Of a stretch of 64,000 nucleotides of DNA, positions 48,442 to 58,000 are shown one piece after another. Source of the DNA: Eukaryota sp. GEM-RC1 (taxonomy: Eukaryota); assembly GCA_040285855.1 (NCBI GenBank), contig JAUFOQ010000003.1, forward strand, positions 744,001 through 808,000. The letters run 5' to 3'. Numbering within the stretch: the first letter of the stretch is position 1; each line of letters opens with the position of its first letter. Both the position numbers and the translations under genes were made by a program. The notes under the pieces are model-generated. The model made no database searches. It was not told where the DNA came from and saw only the letters and a list, made by a program, of their open reading frames with translations.

Positions 48442-51400
48442 ATGAAGTACTCGTCTCCTCTGTTTATCCCTTCCCATCCTCCGTTCCCAAAAGACCTCAC
48501 CGCTGATGGTGATATTGAATCCAATCCAGGACCCGTAACTCAAGAAGCCATAAACTCAGTTTATCCTAATCAATGGCTTGATGACGAAGCGATAGTGGAG
48601 TACTGTAAAGTGATATTTCAAGAAGCAGGGTTAGATTTTGAAAGCATGTTTATCCATCCGACCACATGGCTTCAATACATTGTTTCACCAGATGTCCCGC
48701 TAGATCAATGGTTGTTGACGAAAATTGAGAAAAATCAAATCACAAACTCCAAATATCTCTTTGTTCCCCTTAGTGATACCATGACTAGAAATGCTAATTA
48801 TTCCAGAGAAGGTGTCACTGGTTCTCATTGGGGTTTAGCCATTATAGACTGTTGTGAAAAGGAATGGATCTTCATTGATCCAATGTTAACTACCGTCGAT
48901 ATGAGTAAGTCTATGGTAAAATCAGCTGTAGACATATTATCCGAAGTACTTGTGCCATGGGGGTATGTTTTCCGTTATGTGCCTGTGACTAAAACACAGT
49001 CTGCTAACGACTGTGGAGTTTATGTCATTGCGTATATTCAAAAATATGTTGAACTTTTTAAAAGACTCACGTACGTTCCGTCTCTGATGTATATGGAGTC
49101 TGATTTGGTCCAAGTGAACACTGAACTTCAAGCAAACATATTTCGTGAAAAAATTCTGGATGTATTGTCTCAACAAAGGACACTTTATCTACAACAACGT
49201 CAAACCACAGTAGCTCCTATTGTACCATCGTTACCCATTCAACCTCCTGCCGGTAAAGAACATCCAACCACTTCAATTCCTCTCACAGGTTCACGTCTTG
49301 CTAGCACTAAAACATCTACTGGTTTAAGCACTAAAAAAAGTAAAGCCAAAATTTCAGATGTTCCATCACCACGAGGTTCACCTTTAATTCAACGAAATCA
49401 ATTTAGAACTATCAGCTCCCTTGTTTCAACTGGTGACACTCCAATACGAAAGACTTACCGCCGTATGTCCACATTGGAATCATCTGAAGTACCACCATCT
49501 GAATTACCACCATCTGAATTACCACCATCTGAATTACCACCAAAATCACAGGCCTCCATTATGTCGTATCCATCGCCAATTCAAGAAGAAATCCATAAAA
49601 TGGAAGTAAATCTACATACTGAGCCTATCGAACAAGAAATACAAGTTCAAGTCTTTCTTAATTCCCCTTTACTTTGGAACAATCTGCCAACTTTTTGTTT
49701 AATTCATGTTCAAAGTGATTTTGCCAAAAAAGAAAGAATTATTGGCAGAAATGTTCAACTTGTTCAAGAAGATGATGATTACATTGAAACTGTTGAAGGT
49801 GAAGCTGAAGATCAATTAGAAGTTAAACGTGATTCTTCTGTTGATCCGATTGTATCAATTTCCATCCAGATCATTGATCACAATGAGTTTAATGAAAAGC
49901 ATTTATTTTCTCATGGCAATTTTGATACTACAAACTTGGATTTGTGTACTTTACATATTTCAGATAGTGAATCCAGTATGCTTAAAAACTTCATTTCCTT
50001 CATTACTCAACATTGTCCACGATTGTTTGTGAGTTATGACTTTCACTTAGATACATTTCCCTTTCTTGTATCACGTTGTCAAGTCCTCAAAATCAATACA
50101 ACGTTTACTTTTCCAGAATTTAAACCCTACATTCCCTTTTGGTTCAACAAATGGTGTAAGGAAACAACTTTTGGTCCGTTTTTTAGTCTTGATTTGAATG
50201 CTGTACTGAAGAATTTTTATGTCTTTACTGGTGGCCGTTTTTTGGAAAATGTTGTTCAAATTTTTCTTGAAATGAATAATTTTTCTAAAAATGAAACTGT
50301 CAAACGCTTGGAAGAACTTAATCATGACTCTGATCCTGATGAAGTTCAATTGGTCAATAATGTCCAAAACTTGCATGGCATAATTGACAGTATTAATGTT
50401 TTAGTTCCAGACAATCCCAAAGTGAAGGTCGATAAGATTAAAAAGAAATTTGTAAGAAATTTGGAGAAAGTAAATGAACTTTGGGCCAAGGAATCGACAA
50501 GACCGCTATTGTTGATCAACTCAATTCAACAATTACCTCTGATTGAGTACTTGTTGGCTGACCTATTGGATCCCAAAAAACAAACACTACGTTCAAAGTC
50601 ACCAATGAAAGTGGTTAAGAAACGACTAGACAATGTTGTGTCCAAAGCGAAGGTTAAATTCATTGAATCTCGTGTTAAGAGAGCTCACCAAGTAAGAGTC
50701 CGTAGTACTCTCTTTTTGAAACATTTTTTTGTTCATAATTTTCACCATTCTGGTATTTTAGGTTACATTCAGAAGTTACTGCCTGCTACTGTTCCAAATG
50801 TAACTGTTAAGGAAGAAATGAATTCTGATACAGATGAGTCAACTGAAGAAGAAACAGATGTACCTTCAGAGTCTATCCATGCTGCTACTCCTCCTATTAA
50901 ATTAGAAAATATTGAAGATGCGAGTGATGAACCTAAACCTGAACCTGACCTTTGGACTAAAATTCAAACTGCCAAAATTGAATTGCCAGACTGGAAGAAT
51001 TTTTTTACGTTGAAATCAATGGAACAAGTGTTGTCTATGATGACGATTAGGGACAACAAACTTGTAAACAATCAGAATCATATTGAGACTGTACAAGAAT
51101 CGTTAACAAACATAATTTCTAACACAAATGATGGCTCAACTCAAAATCAGTTTGCTCAACACTTATTGTTTCATTACATTCCTCGTTTAGAACTAGCTGC
51201 TGATTCCGTTGGACTTGATAGGATTGTGTTTCCCAGTAGCCATCGTTTATCTCCTATATTGCATTACATTGCTACAGAAATTATTACAAATTACAAGAAT
51301 AACATGAGTGAACACTTTCACGAATATGTTTTTCAAGTATTTAATTTGGTTACCCTGAAAAAGATAGACTTAACAAGCTTACTGATAAGAATCAACGACA

Positions 51401-53489
51401 AGAGTTGTGTACAAAGCTTAATGAAGTCAGACAGTTGATCATTAATGGGGAAATTTCAAAAATTAATTTTCAAGATGTTGAAATGTTTCCTGATCCCAAT
51501 TCTAGACTGAGTTTACTATTTTTTAATTATTTGTTTACTTTTTTTGAAGGTAAAATGGAGAAAACAATCTATTATGCTGAAAAAGTAGATCCTTTGAAAT
51601 TCTTAAGTCATGCAGTGTATTTGAAACGTCTTGTTGAAGACTCTTGTACTGGTGTTACTGCCAATAATCCTTTTCCTCTGACAAAATCATTGATTCCTAA
51701 TCATATCAGATTGGATACTACATGGTTTAAAAAAGTTTATGCATCAGAAATTAAAGGTAGCTTTGATGACGTTCGAAAAGATATTTGGCACTCAGTTTTG
51801 AAACCAAAGTGTCTTCCAAAGTCATTGTCTCATGACTTCAAATACAGTTCTATTTCTACAGATGGAGTTAGCTGTAATTTAATGATGATGCGGAAAGATC
51901 TGCTTGATGCGAGAGGAAATCCTCATAAGAAGGTGAAAGCAGTTGACTACACAGCTACTGAAAGGTACATTGATTCTTTGAGTTCCACAGAAATTCAAAA
52001 CTTAAATTTGAAATCCAAAAGAATTGTTGCTATTGATCCTAATCAGCATGATTTGATGTATTGTGCTTCTTTAAAATCTAAGGAGGAAAAGGAAATCGAA
52101 GGTTTCGATACATCAGCCAAAATCAGAAGAAGAAAGATTTCTCCAAAATCATCAAAGAAAAAAGGAAGCTTGAAAAAATTAAAAAAGGAATTGAAGGATT
52201 GGAAAGACGCACCTACTATTGACAAACCATCAACTGTCAAGTTGAAAAATCGTGATGATTGGAAAGTATTCAGATACACTGCTGGGGAGCGCAATGCCGA
52301 TATTAAAAAGTCTCCATGGAAAAAGAAAAAAACAAGGAAGGAAAGAAAAAGAGCTAAGAGAAAGAAGAGGAAGCTGGAGAAGAAAATAAGACGATATAAT
52401 CTCCACCGTTTATCTGAATCTGAACGGTTACAACAATACTCTACCCAATTTATTCACATTCCAGATGGCAGACGCATTGACATAAATGGGCAACAAATTT
52501 TAGATCAATGGGGCTCTAACTCGCCAGGTAGTAAATCTTGTGAATTGACTCAGTATTCTGCTTTTGTTCTTGGTAAAGAAATTACCTGTTCTTTATTACG
52601 ATCACCCACTACTGATCAAAGAAATACTGAAGGAATTTACGAAGAAAAGTGGTTTAGACGTAGACGCTTAACACAGTATTCAAGAAAGGAACGAAGTGAG
52701 AAAAACATGCTTCACAGATTTACTCTCCAGTTTGGAAACCCAGATGAAGTCGTTGTTGGGTATGGAGACTGGAACGACACTGCTTTTCGTCGAAGAAGAG
52801 GTAAAGCATCGACTGTAAAAGGTGCTTCAATTCGGAAATTATTGAGAAAATTTGGATTTAAAGTGTTCCTAGTTGATGAATTTAAGACCAGCAAATGTTG
52901 CTCTGCATGTGTTTCCAGAAATGACGAAGGTATCTGTTCCAATCCTGAAAGGATCAAAGTCACTGATCCTAATTGGAAGAAGAAGTTACAGAAGGAAGAG
53001 AAAGAATTAAAAAAGGAAATTATTGAACACAATCAATTAGACAATATTGTGGAGCGTAACTTTGATGAAGAATGGACAGACCAGTTGACATTTTCGAAAG
53101 AAAGATTGAAGAACAACAAAGTCTCACCATGGGGCTTAGTTGAATGTGCTAAATGTCATGTCCTCTGGAATAGAGATTTCAATTCTGCTATCAATATTTA
53201 CAATATTGTAAATGGAACAATTCAAGGTCAAGGTAGACCTGCCATCCTCGAGAGACCAAAATCTCAAACAACACCTGTCGTGGATGGCGGGAATACAGAT
53301 CAGATTCCTAAGAAAAAGACTGTGAGTAAGGGTAAGGGTAAGGCAAAGCGTCCTCTAACAAAAGTCAGAGGTCCTAACAAGTGTGGTATATGTTTTCAAC
53401 CTGGGCATAACAGAGCAACTTGTCCAAATAAGCCTAAGAAAGATGTACCCAAGGACTCACACGTAAACCAGAAAGATCAGGAATCTTGA
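48442..53489 (+). CDS. Fanzor1 polyprotein: 2A - Ulp1/C48 protease - PolB exonuclease-like - Fanzor (TnpB-like RuvC + Zn finger) - CCHC; one frameshift near 51360
   Basis: STDGVS, RuvC-I AIDP (D 52035), GYGDW, LVDEFKTSKCCSAC (E 52878), CAKC..WNRDFNSAINI (D 53175). Fanzor N-terminal motifs (LHYIATEIITNYKNNMSEHF) lie in the upstream ORF. Confidence 0.9.
48493..48534 (+). other. 2A (StopGo) ribosomal-skipping motif
   Basis: DLTADGDIESNPGP matches the consensus D(V/I)ExNPG|P. Confidence 0.9.
49483..49542 (+). repeat. In-frame 15-bp repeat encoding SEVPP/SELPP x4
   Basis: TCTGAAGTACCACCA followed by three TCTGAATTACCACCA. Confidence 0.9.
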
Positions 53490-53625
53490 ATCTATGAAGT
53501 TAGCTCGTCTTAAAAGACTTTGCGAATGAGGACTTTGTCAACTGTGGTTTATCTCATGAAAATGTGAAGGGTTATGCCCTTATGCATTTGGAATGAAATT
53601 CACAGTACGTTTAGTATTTTTTATA
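53490..53625 (+). ncRNA. Candidate Fanzor omegaRNA (scaffold to 53605, guide from the flank)
   Basis: Lies between the Fanzor stop and the right end; nested stems GTCT-TAAA-AGAC, AAGGG-TTATG-CCCTT and ACTGTG...CACAGT. Confidence 0.65.
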
Positions 53626-53657
53626 ATTAGTTTTATGGATATAATAAAATAAATAGT

Positions 53658-54510
53658 CTAAAACTCAATATCATCAAAGCAAGATTCCTTAGAATCGAAC
53701 TTTATTGAAGCTTTGTCTTCATAATACACACTGACGGATAATAAAGCTCTCGAAATCATTGTGGGAACTGCTTTTAGAATTGTAAAGACAATTCTGTTCT
53801 GCCAAAAAGAGCGGTCAAATATTTTGTTAGTTCTACGAGCAACAACCTTTGCAAAATCGTCTAAGAACTTCATGGCTAATTTACCGAAACGACCATACTG
53901 TACATAGAAATCGCAAATGGGACAAGTGAATATTCAACATGAACAATGTATTTCAGATCTCCAAGTGGATCAGCATACTTTCTTTGTTTGCTATTTTCTG
54001 CAATGTCTAGAGGTGATACTTCTTTTGTGACCAATTTGTCACAGCTCTTCTTGCAAACATCCACTGAAACAACATCAATCACTGATAATGACTGAGAAGA
54101 AGCAGGTATCACAACACGTTTAGTATTTGGTTCTAAAGGTCTTAGAAGCGGTTCAACAAATGAATCAATTTTGTAAGACTTACACATAGCATGTATTTGA
54201 TCTCTTACAGCATCATTTATACACGTTCGATAAGTCATGTAGCGATTACAACTTAACAGATGTGAAAACGTTAATTGTTTTCCATAGCTACATTGACGAT
54301 GATTTGGCAGTTTGTAAGGCCATAAATAGCAACGAAGGAAGAATAATTAATGAAAGGGACTTCAATTGAACGAATTGTTAATAAATTAGATTCTTTTCCT
54401 ATAACGAAACACTTTTAAATATTTAGATTTGAACCAATCTCTTCATGCAAAGTGGCAGTGTCTTCAGAAATTGCTTGTAAAGTCTGAAAAGGTTCAATAA
54501 CGGAAATATG
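53658..54510 (-). mobile_element. Decayed RLE non-LTR retrotransposon including a reverse transcriptase fragment
   Basis: RT tail ISVIEPF...EIGSNLNI*KC (54395-54510), degenerate knuckle HLLSC, DAVRD, VEPLL, DVVSVDVC, KQRKY, PFAIS, WQNRIVF. Confidence 0.82.
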
Positions 54511-54614
54511 ATTGATTTTCACAAAGACACAACAATATTATCTTCCAGCCTTTTGTGGTATCTTTATACTCAAATTTCTGTTCTTCAACTTAGGCGTTTA
54601 GTTTTTAAATTTGT

Positions 54615-54855
54615 TTGAAGATCTGTGTTCAGAATTTGGTAAGAAGTTCAACAGATCGTACTGGAAGGGAAAATTTGCTCTTTCTACATTTAAATTTTTT
54701 CTACATTTAAATCAGTGTATAGACACTAGTATGTTGATTCCATTTTGTCCAAGTTGGTTGGTGGTAATTACTATTCCGAATTAGGTAGTTCGTTTGATAG
54801 TTTGCTTTAGTAGTCTTGTTTTCTTGTTGTGTGTTTTTCTCCGCACATAAATCTG
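54615..54855 (+). mobile_element. 3' end copy of the 16830-17580 element
   Basis: Aligns at the nucleotide level to 17345-17580, including the 3' UTR CCGCACATAAATC. Confidence 0.85.
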
Positions 54856-55065
54856 GCAATTTTCTTGTGAATAATATACGATTCCCGACAGAACCAACAA
54901 AATCACACATGTACGATACTTTGTTCTTCTGAACTGAGATAATGTGTGGAAGAGTAATAACGTACGCTAGTAATCATGATAAAATATTGAAGGACATTCA
55001 ATATGAACAACGAAAAACAGATTTGAAGAAGTATTTACAACATAAAACATAAGATTATAAAAAAT

Positions 55066-58000
55066 CTAAAGATCAAATACATTCTGACCTACAGTACCTA
55101 CAGAACTAACAGCATACACTGCAATCTTTTTAACACCTGTCCGATCAAATCCAAATACACCATATGAGTTAGTGAACCCGTCCTTAACAAAGTCAGTACC
55201 AAAGTCATTTTGAGCAAAAACTTTAATATAAGCTTTGCCAGCTGCTTCACCGTTATTGTCTTTCACCACAATTCTACCTCCATTCACAACCATATTCAAT
55301 GAAGAAGGGAAAAACAACAAAGAAGACGAACGACCTTCAGCAGATGCACAAACTCCTACAACTGAAGACTTTAGCTGTTCTGGAAGTGGAATTTGAAGGT
55401 TGTCAGTGGGTTTAACCGAGAGAATTGACTGAGGTAAGGTAAGGAACACTTTCTCATTGAAATTGGAAACTGAAAACGGATTTAATGAAAACAAAAGCTC
55501 AAGGTTGATAACCCAGAATCCAATGGAAACGTCAGCAGAAAGACCAGAAGAATTCAAAAATAGTTTTCCTTGTTCGTTTGACAATTTTAAAATAGTTTCT
55601 GTTTGTTTGGAGTGTTGTTCAAACCTAGCTCGTTCACGGTCTTCTCCTGCGATATTTTTGTCAGAATAATCGGAAATTGAATTATTGCAGAAATTTGAAA
55701 TTTGTTGGAATCTGGACCTCCATCTGAACAAATGATGATTAACTAAATCATCAGCTGGATTTTCAAGATCTTTTCCGAGGCGGTAATTTAGAACCATATT
55801 AAAATATTTACCTTGAATTGAATTATTAAAAAATTCAGAATTTTCAACTCGTTCGATCAATTTGCGTGCGGCATCAGGCTTATTCAATTGAAGCTGTACA
55901 AAAGCCATTTGAACCAAGGCTGAGTCAGGAATTCTCTCATAGAAAAGCGAATTTTCCATGATTGTTTTAACATGTTTACTAAACAATGCATTAGGAATTT
56001 CTTTTCCTTTCTTATGTGCTCTAGATTCTATGTAAGGATGATACTCCTTCAAGATCAAGGATTCATAATCAATTTTCTTAGCAAAAGAACCAGAATTAAA
56101 GGCCAATTGATCATATGAATAGATAGGGCTCTCCATCCAGGGTCCGAGAGTTTTACAAATCTTTGACCACTTTGAAGAATGAAGAAGTTCAGCCAAGTGT
56201 AGTGAAAGCAGGTCAATATCATCAGGGAAATTGAAGATTAATTCCCATATACACATAATGAATTGTCCTCTTGAACGCAATAGATTCAGAACAGTTGCCA
56301 AATCTGTAGCATTTGTAATAACGTCAGTAAGAAGAGTTAGGTCACAATCAGAGAGTTGAGCAGAGGTCAAATAGTCTAAAATGGCAGGGAAATCCATTTG
56401 AATCACGTCTGAAAATGATAGAGAGGTAACATCAGATGAAACAGTGTCAGTAATAAAAGTAGAATATTCCTCTGGTAGAATGACCTTCATCGACTCTGAT
56501 GATGACGTGGCGATTATTGACCCTTCCTTTGCTAGTATGACAGGCTGAGTGAGATAGTCTCCGGGTGATGGAAAGTAAAAGAAAAAGGTTACAGATCGTT
56601 GAGAAAATGGATTAATTTTCAATTTGTCAGAGAAAATGACAGAACCAATGGCTAGTGGAACAGATCCCTTTGGTACAGCAGTCAAAATATCAATATTTTG
56701 GGGGAAATTCGACAAGTTTGAAAAAACACAGTTCATTTTATAAGGAGTTCCGCTTAAAAAAACTGATGGTCGAGAATCCTTTCCTATTCCGGAGATTGAT
56801 TGTTTGATGATTATGCGAGAATCAATGTTGACATCATCCTCATGAACTTGAGTCAATTTCTTGGAAACGGAAAGTGCACGTGCATCTGATGGACTGACAG
56901 TCATCAACGCAATCAAAGCAGAAGACCGAGCCTCACCAAGTGAAATGAAATTCGATGGGACAAAAGTAGAAACGGGAGACATCAAATATTCAATAAACTC
57001 AATAAGAAATTGTGAAATTTTGATTGGTTCATTGCAGTGACGTTGTTTTTCACTCAAGACTTTGATTGTCTTTGACACCTCATGTGATTGCTGTTGATTG
57101 GAACTTCCACTACTGTGGACATGAGTGCCCTTAAGTCTGCTATAAAGCAAATTCTCAACAAAAACATTACGGGCAGAGTGATTAATATTACGTTCAGCAG
57201 CAACTTTTAAATATTCTAAATATTTGAGGGCTAACTCCTTATCAGATTTAGCAAGTGAGGCTAAAACTACAGCAATATCAAGCCCATCAGTTAACTTCCA
57301 AAACATCCAAGGGTCGAAATAACGTGATAAGAACTCGTCATCACCAATCAGAAAAGCCTTGACCAATGACGTGGAAACGCTAGATTTCAGAAAACCTAGC
57401 ACATAACTGTTAAAGAATTCACGATCTTGTAAAAACAAGAATAAACATAATTCCTCAGAGAAAAACTCAAAAAGAGGGCCAACTTTTTGGATAAATCAAA
57501 AGAGAACCAATCAGAAATGAAGGCATAATCCTTGAGAACAAGTTGCTGGATACGTAAGCCACTGATAAGAACAGAGAAGAGCTCACTATGATTGCTGATG
57601 ATTAGTGATTCTTTTGAGTGACTGTCATGTGCATTTTGAACCGTAACAGATGCCTTTTCCAGAGTCAAAGGGGAAAGTTCTGTTGTAGAAACAGTTGACG
57701 TAGTGATAAAAGAGCTCAACGGTCTGGGAACCTGAATTTGGAAGGTTTGACCATTTGACACAATCAAAAGTCGGAAATAGCAATGATTAGGATTAACTTT
57801 CACTACAACACCGCCATCTTCTATATCCCCTTCACTAATCTCAGTCCAATGTCCAACTTCCTTAATCCATGGAAGCACTTCCATTTTACTTGGGCCAGAG
57901 TCAAAACCTCCTCCTTGTTGATTACGGTAAGAATGAGCTGCTTCTGATCTCATTGGCCTAATGTCGCCATATGAAGAACCCTTGTGGAAGTCCTGAGCCT

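Larger units (their letters stand above)
45512..53605 (+). mobile_element. Putative non-autonomous Fanzor-encoding DNA transposon, ~8.1 kb
   Basis: Left end TA|CTGTTGAATTCATTTGGGGTGCATA vs reverse-complemented right end TA|CTGTGAATTTCATTCCAAATGCATA; both ends coincide with transitions to unrelated retroelement remnants. Confidence 0.65.

Noticed and set aside
51405..53489. Bacterial IS200/IS605 TnpB or Cas12 from contamination
   Set aside because: The context is eukaryotic, the motifs are Fanzor1-type (GDW, DEFKTS), and there is no tnpA or CRISPR array.
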